This document shows positions 49,802-57,986 of a DNA stretch of 64,000 nucleotides, one piece after another. Made by a program: the position numbers and the translations under genes. The number at the start of each line of letters is the position of its first letter. Position 1 is the stretch's first letter. The notes under the pieces were generated by a model that worked only from the letters and a program-made list of their open reading frames with translations, searched no databases and was not told the origin of the DNA. The stretch spans positions 186,001 through 250,000 of the IMG/VR virus record IMGVR_UViG_3300042923_000569, one strand, 5' to 3'.

Positions 49802-50203
49802 CTATACTACTTCAGAAGTAGCAAGAATATTTTCAAAGTATTCGATTAAATCACAAAGTAACTTGTAGCGAAGTTTACCAGGTTCAGAATCCATTACGCA
49901 AAGGTTACGCTGATTCCAATGTAAGTTAACAGCCCGATTAACATCATTATCAGTTAATTGCATTTCAACCGGATAACCGCAGTGTAAACCCATTTCCACA
50001 AATACAGGCTGCAAGTATTCGTGATCGATCCCGGTAACTTCACTGTTAGGAGTGTGGGCGAATACGTGCCAGCAGATACCATGCTGTCTGGTTAGGTTGA
50101 ATGATTCACCGTTGATAGTGGTGTAAGTAACATCACGATCTAAACAGTCTTTCATTGCTGTTAGTACTTTCAGGACTAAAACTGCCTGCTCTGTACGTTT
50201 CAT
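49802..50203 (-). CDS. small early protein
   Basis: start moved to MKRTEQ; GIC...YPV...R..L pattern. Confidence 0.7.
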   Translation of the reverse strand: MKRTEQAVLVLKVLTAMKDCLDRDVTYTTINGESFNLTRQHGICWHVFAHTPNSEVTGIDHEYLQPVFVEMGLHCGYPVEMQLTDNDVNRAVNLHWNQRNLCVMDSEPGKLRYKLLCDLIEYFENILATSEVV

Positions 50204-50337
50204 TGTATTGCCTCTCAATTAAAATTTGTTTTGTTTCGATACAGGGAAGTTTACACTACTCGAAAGTTTATACAAGTACTTTTATAAAATATTTTTAAAC
50301 TCTCTGTAACGCATTCTAAGCGATTTAAAGTACTGCC

Positions 50338-50619
50338 TTACACCTTCAACGATTGAACGTTAAAAGCCCCGCTAATAGGCTTACACGCAAGATCTATAGC
50401 ATAGTTCGCTTTCTTGTGGATTATGTACATACACGAATCAAACTGATGATTATACGGCATATCATAAACCCGGCGTTGTACAAGTTCACCACTAACAACA
50501 AAGGCCAGGTAGCCGCTGAAGGTACAACTACGCGGGCCAGCACTGGTCATCGTTTTAGCAATACGGGTACGGGGATCAATCAGGGACGAAATAGGCTTAA
50601 GGTTAAGATTGTTATTCAT
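50338..50619 (-). CDS. small early protein
   Basis: start moved to MNNNL. Confidence 0.6.
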   Translation of the reverse strand: MNNNLNLKPISSLIDPRTRIAKTMTSAGPRSCTFSGYLAFVVSGELVQRRVYDMPYNHQFDSCMYIIHKKANYAIDLACKPISGAFNVQSLKV

Positions 50620-50766
50620 GGCGTTTAGTCTCAATTAAAAGGTAGAATCTAAAACGCTCTGTAATCAATTCTAAGCGTTTCTAATAGTACTTTAAGCGAA
50701 TGTATCACAGTACTATTAGAAATGCTTAGCGGGGCATATAGCCCCGCCATGCTGTATTACTTTGTA

Positions 50767-51411
50767 TTACGCGGCGGTATCTTCAGAGGCTACGCGGAAA
50801 GTTTCGATGAAAGTTTCGCGGTCCATGTTTTTAGAAGCTACCAGATCTTTGAGTTCCTGGCTCATGTTGCCTTTTTCCGGCATATCGTACTGTTTGCCAT
50901 CGACTTCAACAGTGACGCGGTTGTATGCGTTGTTGCTGCCGGTAAGTGACGCTTTGATCTTCTTACCTACACCAGCAACCGCCGCCTGAGCTACTGCCAG
51001 ATCCACGCCACCAGCTACCAGAAGTTTGAGCATTTTTTCACGTTCTTCTTTCGCTTTCTCTTCCGCTTCAGCGTTCAGACGTTCACGTTCTGCCTGAGCT
51101 TTAACGCGGGCTTCTTCGCGGGCCGCTTCAGCACGTGCGGCTTCTTCTTTCTGGTACTGTACAGCAGCCGGGATTGCTTTAGACGCTGCAACCAGAATTT
51201 TAGAAATCACGTCAGTGTCAGTTGTTTTATCAACAAAGTACTGAGCCAGGTTAGTCGCAACAGTGTTTACGTGATCAGCAATGTCTGCTTTGTGCTGAGC
51301 CAGTACTTCTTTACTGTGTGTCTTACCTTCTTCCGGTGCCGCCAGGGTAGGAGCCTGAGCGAACAGGATTGAATTCAGTGTTACTTTAGGAGCTTTAGAA
51401 GTGTTAGTCAT
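50767..51411 (-). CDS. Ala/Glu/Lys-rich coiled-coil protein with a small C-terminal domain
   Basis: 214 aa; codon use suggests high expression; first gene of the leftward early region. Confidence 0.8.
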   Translation of the reverse strand: MTNTSKAPKVTLNSILFAQAPTLAAPEEGKTHSKEVLAQHKADIADHVNTVATNLAQYFVDKTTDTDVISKILVAASKAIPAAVQYQKEEAARAEAAREEARVKAQAERERLNAEAEEKAKEEREKMLKLLVAGGVDLAVAQAAVAGVGKKIKASLTGSNNAYNRVTVEVDGKQYDMPEKGNMSQELKDLVASKNMDRETFIETFRVASEDTAA

Positions 51412-51670
51412 GATATTACCCTCGAATTTTTTAAGTTAATTTGTTTGGCCTGATTGTTTCGGCTTGATTAAAATTTAAACTACTTGTTTCTTTCAGTCAA
51501 CTACTATTTTCAACTTTCAAGAAACTTTTTTTCTTTCTATCGTCTGGAGCATTTCGCCCTTTCGATAACCAACATCTTACACCATCCTTTCTAACTAGCA
51601 AGTACTTTTTAAAAACTTTTTTTCGTTCTATCCAAAAGAGAGTTTCTATCTTCAGGACTTGCTAGCCAGG

Positions 51671-51683
51671 TTGTTAAAGAGCG
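51671..51683 (-). promoter_or_regulatory. boxA antitermination element
   Basis: CGCTCTTTAACAA on the minus strand, ~20 nt past a TTGCAG-16-TACTAT promoter. Confidence 0.65.
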
Positions 51684-51941
51684 GTGTTCCGTGTTGATGT
51701 GGTAATAGTACACTAACCATAAAACTCTGCAAGCACTTTCTTATAAAAACTTATAACTTTTTTCATTCGTCGTTTTTCTTCCTTTATACGCGTAAAGAAA
51801 CCCACAACACATAGGAAGCATTTACAGCCCTTTAAAGTACTAATCTAAGTGTTTACCAGGCGTAATCCTCCAGCCTCTTATAGTGCGTCCTATGCGTTCC
51901 TATATAGAAGAAACTATTTTCAATCTTTTTAAAGAAAATGC

Positions 51942-52012
51942 TTGCTTCTCTGATTCAGTACTGTATAATCTTTTATATCGAAGCGAAATTCGTTATCCCA
52001 TAGGGTGCGGAG
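51942..52012 (+). ncRNA. promoter-hairpin-CCCATAGGGTGC unit 10
   Basis: TTGCTT-16-TATAAT; CGAA-GCGAAA-TTCG; motif at 51997-52008. Confidence 0.55.
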
Positions 52013-52045
52013 ATCCGTCTATTGCTTTTTTACTTTTTCCTGGGT

Positions 52046-52121
52046 ATAGCTCCGCACCCTATGGGAAAGGCCATTTCGCTGGCTTGTACGTATTATTGCA
52101 TAATTCGATCAGTACTGTCAA
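52046..52121 (-). ncRNA. promoter-hairpin-CCCATAGGGTGC unit 11
   Basis: TTGACA-18-AATAAT; GCCA-GCGAAA-TGGC; motif at 52054-52065. Confidence 0.55.
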
Positions 52122-52267
52122 CAAAAAAGAAAATTAAAATAATGCTTGATCTGGCTGGTGGCTGTGATATTATTACCCCGTCAACACGAAAAGACAGCTA
52201 TTGATTCTGCCTGGTACTAACCAGACGCGGAAGGGGAACTAATGGAAAAACGCAATGAAAAAGCGTT

Positions 52268-52395
52268 TAGCCATCTAAACGTCTAGAGTGCTAGCCACCT
52301 AGATGGATAGCCATTTAGCCGTCTAAACGTCTAGACATATAACCATCCAGAAGTACAGCCATCTTTCCATCTACACTGCCAGAAGTCTATCCGTC
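52268..52395. repeat. 16 x 8-bp degenerate tandem array, consensus TAG(C/A)C(A/G)TC
   Basis: tagccatc taaacgtc tagagtgc tagccacc tagatgga tagccatt tagccgtc taaacgtc tagacata taaccatc ... tatccgtc, in unbroken phase. Confidence 0.8.
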
Positions 52396-53075
52396 TGTTG
52401 ATAGCAGATAGGGATAGTACACCCAAAATTTAAGTAAAGTACAACATCGATCTATCCATAATTCTTTGACTAGGATCATTACATCCTGAAATATACAATA
52501 CAAAAAATAATAGCACTTAGGATAGTTCCTGGTACTGTAAACATCTACAGCAGGAATTATATTAAGTGCTATCAACGTACTTCTAATGTATATTCTCAGT
52601 ACTAAAGATTCCTGAGAAAGCAGGGTGTCCAGTCAAGACAACTTCGTTACAACGTTACGAGGGGAATCTCGTATAGTACTGTTACAGTCGGGATTCACCT
52701 TCCTGGTTACTCTCTTCCGCAACATGGATATATCTTACCATATCTAATTTGCACGTCAAGTACTTTATTTTTAATTTCCCACATTCTAGTATTCCCTGGG
52801 ACTGTTGTTTTGTCCAGTGATATCACGCTTCGGTTATAAAATTTACACAACGTTCGAAGTACTTTAAATTTAAGAATATCCTGAAACTTTTTTGTACTTT
52901 TGATGATCCAGGAAAAATCTGATAGGTACTCCAAATTTTTTAGGATTCGTCTTTTTTCTAACGCACCAACCAAGTTTTTCCCATACCTCATTGTACCTTT
53001 TTTAAAAAAGGTCATTTGTACAAAATGTGCTATTTACATTCGACTTCAGGAAGAGATATAGCGGCAGGGGGTAAC

Positions 53076-53155
53076 AGTACTGTTATGATGTTCTTAGTAC
53101 TGTTACCATACTCTTAGTACTGTTATGATGTTCTTAGTACTATATCATTACTATT
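53076..53155. repeat. 4 x 20-bp tandem repeat, each unit starting with AGTACT
   Basis: AGTACT at 53076, 53096, 53116, 53136; units 1 and 3 identical. Confidence 0.85.
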
Positions 53156-53396
53156 AATTCTCTGCAATATTAAAGTACTTTAAACATAATCATAAACCTT
53201 CGTAAACGCAATATAAGCGTGTTTGAATCCTGTAGATATCGCTGTGCATATCTCCAGCAAGCAAACAGAAGCTCTCAGAGAGCGTCCTATGCGGTTATAG
53301 GGGGTATTTGGAGGGTATATTATGGTATAGTTCTTAGGTACTGAAATGTTGTATATAGGGTAAATACCTATAATATAATAATGGAGAGGGAAGATT

Positions 53397-53906
53397 ATGT
53401 TACCATTTTCAATAATGAATCACTACGGTAATGTAGTTGTACGGGATGATTATAAAAGATTTGTAGATGAGTTAACTAATGACAGTACTAATAAGTTAGT
53501 TACATACACACAGTCATACAGTCAGTTAAATGGTACTACATACAATAGGATTTACATGTACGGTACTAATTCGGTATCTGGAACTATGTGGGGAACACCT
53601 TATGGTTCTAGGATGACATGGGACAGTTCATTCAGTAGGGTAATACAGCATTGTTTTCCTACACAGTCTTTATATAATGATTTTATTGCTAGTACAAATA
53701 ATAGCAGGGTAGTATGTTTAGTACGTTCAGATATTACTACTGGAGAGAGTTATATAAGTTTAGCTAGGAATGGATATACGAGTTCTACATACGGAAGATT
53801 TAGTGGTACGACTATAGATCAGTTCATATACTATGATGAAAGTACTGCTAGGGTGATGATATATAATCCTGGTACGATGAGTACGCCAGTTTTCTATTAC
53901 AATTAA
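53397..53906 (+). CDS. MLPF-leader family protein, probably virion-associated
   Basis: MLPFSIMNHYGNVV start; Ser/Thr/Tyr-rich. Confidence 0.75.
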   Translation: MLPFSIMNHYGNVVVRDDYKRFVDELTNDSTNKLVTYTQSYSQLNGTTYNRIYMYGTNSVSGTMWGTPYGSRMTWDSSFSRVIQHCFPTQSLYNDFIASTNNSRVVCLVRSDITTGESYISLARNGYTSSTYGRFSGTTIDQFIYYDESTARVMIYNPGTMSTPVFYYN

Positions 53907-53919
53907 TGAGGGGAGAGAG

Positions 53920-55941
53920 ATGTTACCATTTCCGGTTTTAAATAATTACGGTAATAATGTTATACCGCCGCAAAAGGGTATAAAGAAGTTTTCAGTTGGT
54001 GGTGGTGGACAGACGGTTATGTTACATTATGCCAATGGTGATTTATATGCAATAGGTAATAATAGCAATGGTAAGTTAGGTACAGGAGACACTACTGCTA
54101 TAAGTGGGGCATGGAGAAGAATAATCACTGATGTTCGTTTATATACATGTTCACATACAGGTACTATAGTAATAAAGAATGATGGTACTGTATGGTACTC
54201 AGGGAATATTACTTCTATATTCACTACTGCATTAGGTTATAATTTTCCTACTACATCTGCATTTACTGAGATGACTTCTGCATTTAGTACATTTAGTATA
54301 GGGACGATTAAGTACATAGAGATGTATCAGGATTCTGGTCAGCGTTTTCATATGGTTGATGGTTCTGATCAGTTATGGGGAATAGGAAGTAATCAGTACA
54401 ATGCATTAGGTAATGGTTCGAATACTGGTAATACGAATTGGGTATCTATAATAAATGGTTCTAGTGCTAAGAGTGTTCATCATTCATTAAACGTAACTTG
54501 GATGGAGAAGACTGACGGGACTTTCTGGAGTTGTGGTACTAATTCATTTGGTACATTGGCGAGTGGTGGTTCTACTACTACTGTATACAATAATTTCACT
54601 CTTATTAATAACTTTTCTATCAAGGCAATAAGTGTAACTCAGTACAACGTAACGTTATTATTAAATGACGGAACACTTAGAATATACGGAGTAAGTTCTT
54701 CTGGACAAGCAGGTAATGGAAGTACTTCAGCGGGTAACTTAATAAATCCATATCAGCCTGCATTAAATAACGTTCGCGGGTTAGGAGACAGTACTGGTTC
54801 TTTATACAGTACACAAATAAAGGGTGTAATAACTCCTATGGGTGCTGGTACGAACACGAACACATTATTAGGTACAGGTATAGCGACTGATCCTACATTA
54901 ACATTTACGAATGCTAATACCGGTGTTATGTCTAACTTAGATTATGCGAATTTAGATTTCTTCACATACGCGAGTAACACTGCTGGATATGCGGTTATAG
55001 GTAATGAGGTATATGCAGTAGGTAATAATGCATATACATTAGGTGGTGCTCTTAGTACTTGGACATTAATGAATACGCCATTGAGTACTTTATGGACGTC
55101 GAATCCTTCTTATAGTAATGTAGTTAACATAAGTACTGCTACACCTCCGTTATCTAGGAATGGACATGCTACATGTAGTTATGGTGCTAACAAGTTCATT
55201 ATGTACGGTGGAACTAACAGTGCTAATGCGTTGTTGAGTGATATATGGATATATGATGCAAGTACTTCAACGTGGAGTCAGGTTCCTGCTGTTGCGAGTG
55301 CTGTTGCTAGGATTGGTGCAGGAATAAGTGTATTTGGTGATAAGTTATATATATTTGGTGGACAGAGTTCTACTGCTACTGGAAGTACTACAAACAGTAT
55401 GTACAGTGTAGATTTAGTTACTGGAGAGTTCACATTACTTACTACTACTAATACACCTTCAGTCAGGGCGTATGCTTCTTTATGTACAGTGGGTTCGAGT
55501 TTATACGTATGGGGTGGAGCGAGTTTAAGTACATTCCATTCATTCAATCCGAGTACTAACGCATTTGTCACATTAACATCTTCACCTATATCTAGTGTAG
55601 TAGATGCGAATATGGAGACGGATGGTATTGATTTATACATTAACACATCGAGTAGTACTGCATTTTACAAGTACGATATAAGTACTGGATTATGGGTATT
55701 ACTTGCTAATAAGCCGGTTAACAACGCATTGAAGTACGTTTATAATTCTGGTTATTTGTATGCTACAGTTGCGAGTACATCTACGATATATGCTTATAGG
55801 GTAGAAACGAACATGTGGAAAATGGTTGGTAGTACTACATTGAATACTACTAAGGGTTGTATGAGTTCTGCTGGTAAGAGTGTATATTACAGTGGTGGAT
55901 TAACTGCGGTAGACAGTAATAACTTTTACAGAATATCATAA
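53920..55941 (+). CDS. MLPF-leader protein with RCC1-like and Kelch beta-propeller repeats
   Basis: GNN..GKLG / GSNQY.ALG / GTNSFG.L repeats, then YGG/FGG/WGG Kelch blades with YD...TW. Confidence 0.8.
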   Translation: MLPFPVLNNYGNNVIPPQKGIKKFSVGGGGQTVMLHYANGDLYAIGNNSNGKLGTGDTTAISGAWRRIITDVRLYTCSHTGTIVIKNDGTVWYSGNITSIFTTALGYNFPTTSAFTEMTSAFSTFSIGTIKYIEMYQDSGQRFHMVDGSDQLWGIGSNQYNALGNGSNTGNTNWVSIINGSSAKSVHHSLNVTWMEKTDGTFWSCGTNSFGTLASGGSTTTVYNNFTLINNFSIKAISVTQYNVTLLLNDGTLRIYGVSSSGQAGNGSTSAGNLINPYQPALNNVRGLGDSTGSLYSTQIKGVITPMGAGTNTNTLLGTGIATDPTLTFTNANTGVMSNLDYANLDFFTYASNTAGYAVIGNEVYAVGNNAYTLGGALSTWTLMNTPLSTLWTSNPSYSNVVNISTATPPLSRNGHATCSYGANKFIMYGGTNSANALLSDIWIYDASTSTWSQVPAVASAVARIGAGISVFGDKLYIFGGQSSTATGSTTNSMYSVDLVTGEFTLLTTTNTPSVRAYASLCTVGSSLYVWGGASLSTFHSFNPSTNAFVTLTSSPISSVVDANMETDGIDLYINTSSSTAFYKYDISTGLWVLLANKPVNNALKYVYNSGYLYATVASTSTIYAYRVETNMWKMVGSTTLNTTKGCMSSAGKSVYYSGGLTAVDSNNFYRIS

Positions 55942-55951
55942 GGAGATTGAA

Positions 55952-57103
55952 ATGTTACCATTTCCAATTATAAGTAATTTAAGACAACAGAGTATCTATA
56001 AGATACAAAAGTTTGTTGCTGGTTCATCGCACGTAGCAATATTAGGAACGAATGGACAGTTATTCACTAGAGGTGATAATACCTATGGACAATTAGGGGA
56101 TACTTCTTATACTACCAACTATCAGGGCTGGCAATTAAGTTTATCAGACGTTGCTGGTGTATATGGTGATCGTTCACAGAATACGGTTGCCATTAAGAAA
56201 GATGGTACTGTGTGGGTATGTGGTAGATTTTGGACTGCTACACAGTTCGGTTTTACATCTACAACAGGTGCACATTCATGGACTGAAATTACTTCGTACT
56301 TACCATTCAGTACTAATACTATTAAGGATATACAGGTTGGTTATCAGATGAGTGCATTTGTGCTTAATGATGGTAGTGTATATTTTTGTGGTACGAATAC
56401 GAATGGACAATTCGGTAATAACAATACTACTAACTTAACGAGTTATACCAAATCCCTAGCAACGGATGTACAGAAGTTATATATACAGCATCCTCTTTGG
56501 CAGGGACAAAACGTTATATCATATATAGACAGTACTGGTAAGCCTTATGCCTGTGGTTATAACGGTACTAAGCAGGTATCTAGTAGTTCAACTATATCAT
56601 CGTACAGTACATTCCAGTTATTATCGAGTGCAGTATATACTAGTGCAGCGATTGCTGGTACTACTAGTTGGTACATAAGAAGTAACGGCTCTGGTGATTA
56701 TTGCGGGTCGGCCTCTGTATTACAGAATACAAACAGTGGTATATTGAATATGTATTCTGCTACAGGTAACGGTGCTACACAATTAGGAGAAATACAGTTA
56801 GCATCATTTGCAATTGTATATGGTTATAAAACTACTAATACGTTTTGGGCTAAGACTTACTATTCTGGTGGTGGGTCAGAACTACCACTAATGAATAATG
56901 TATCGAACAGGGCTAACTGGTTACAGCAAAGTACTATGCCGGTGAGTGCAGGTGTATATAGTGGAATGGCTATGGGTAATTATAATAATGGATTTATATT
57001 ATTCTTAGGTTCAGACCAGCAAGAAATATTTGGTGTTGGATTAATGAGTTCAAATAATGCAAGTACTGCATTTGAGAAGTTAAGTATTCCAGAATTTAAA
57101 TAA
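55952..57103 (+). CDS. MLPF-leader protein with RCC1-like repeats
   Basis: AGSSH...GDNTYGQLG, KKDGTVWVCG, GTNTNGQFG. Confidence 0.8.
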   Translation: MLPFPIISNLRQQSIYKIQKFVAGSSHVAILGTNGQLFTRGDNTYGQLGDTSYTTNYQGWQLSLSDVAGVYGDRSQNTVAIKKDGTVWVCGRFWTATQFGFTSTTGAHSWTEITSYLPFSTNTIKDIQVGYQMSAFVLNDGSVYFCGTNTNGQFGNNNTTNLTSYTKSLATDVQKLYIQHPLWQGQNVISYIDSTGKPYACGYNGTKQVSSSSTISSYSTFQLLSSAVYTSAAIAGTTSWYIRSNGSGDYCGSASVLQNTNSGILNMYSATGNGATQLGEIQLASFAIVYGYKTTNTFWAKTYYSGGGSELPLMNNVSNRANWLQQSTMPVSAGVYSGMAMGNYNNGFILFLGSDQQEIFGVGLMSSNNASTAFEKLSIPEFK

Positions 57104-57104
57104 C

Positions 57105-57133
57105 AAAAAACCCGCCTTGAGCGGGTTTTCTTT
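57105..57133. terminator. bidirectional terminator between convergent genes
   Basis: AAAAAACCCGC-CTTGA-GCGGGTTTT. Confidence 0.8.
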
Positions 57134-57795
57134 TATCCACCATAACTATGAGAGCTTGATGAACTATGGTAAGACGAACTAGAAGCCCTGGCAGCGTTTG
57201 TACTGACAGTACTACCGAAGCCACCCCTTGTTACAGTACTTGTCACTGCGGGCTTAGGAGAGAGTGCAGAGCGTGATACAGAGGTAGTATTCGAGTGAGC
57301 AAAGCTACCGAATGAGTTTCCTTTAGCATCGACGAACTTGTTATACATAGGTGAAGATGAACGAGTACTTGAGTACAATGCCTGGCTTGGATAGTTCGAT
57401 GAGCTTGAACTAAATCCGTGCATCAACGGGAACCACATAAAGGAGCTATGCGATCCTGACGTAGTTTGTACATTACTGGCAGTAGTACTTTGTGAGTTAC
57501 ACTGCCCTGTTCCGAACTCATCTTCACAATCTTCTTTAGACATATACTTAGGAGCGGTACTACTTGATTTAGCGAGTGCATTCTGGTAATCAAGAGCACA
57601 GCGGTTCTTTTGTTCTGGTGATTGAGCACGGTATTCACAGTCTTGTACTGTTTGATAGACTGTTACTTTTTCCTGTTCATCGCATCCTGTCAAGAACAAT
57701 GACCCGCCAGAGATAGCAAGGAACAACGCACTGTATTTCCAGAATGTATGTACTTTACGAAAACGGTTGAGGTTAATGTTCTTAGTACGTTTCAT
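57133..57795 (-). CDS. ygiB: DUF1190 family lipoprotein, YgiB-like
   Basis: MKRTKNIN...FRK, LTGC lipobox, APKY...CE.EFG..QC, WFPLM.G, TRGGFG. Confidence 0.8.
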   Translation of the reverse strand: MKRTKNINLNRFRKVHTFWKYSALFLAISGGSLFLTGCDEQEKVTVYQTVQDCEYRAQSPEQKNRCALDYQNALAKSSSTAPKYMSKEDCEDEFGTGQCNSQSTTASNVQTTSGSHSSFMWFPLMHGFSSSSSNYPSQALYSSTRSSSPMYNKFVDAKGNSFGSFAHSNTTSVSRSALSPKPAVTSTVTRGGFGSTVSTNAARASSSSYHSSSSSHSYGG

Positions 57796-57986
57796 TTCTT
57801 TTTATTCTTCCCGAAGGTTTTGTTTTTCTTTTTGCGTTTAACACTTGGGCGACCGCGATCATTGCTACTGGTATTCCAGATACTTGAACTACCGCCCATA
57901 TCCAGGATCATTTGTTGTTCTAGGGTTAGCATTATAATTGTCCTCTCAATTAAAAATCCTGTACATATTACAGTACAGGAATTATA

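Noticed and set aside
34682-52121. CCCATAGGGTGC repeats as a CRISPR or guide-RNA array
   Set aside because: Copies are dispersed over 17 kb, in both orientations and only 12 bp long; there is no repeat-spacer periodicity and no cas-like gene in the window
51883-53015. ORFs 51883..52137, 52022..52204, 52387..52575 and 52707..53015
   Set aside because: They overlap promoters, repeat units and arrays, and lack an RBS and phage-like composition; the region is treated as non-coding
30858-57103. Apparent shortage of A-tracts and altered codon style in genes at 31-33 kb and 53.4-57.1 kb
   Set aside because: An impression only; it needs k-mer and codon statistics that I cannot run, and amino-acid composition may explain it
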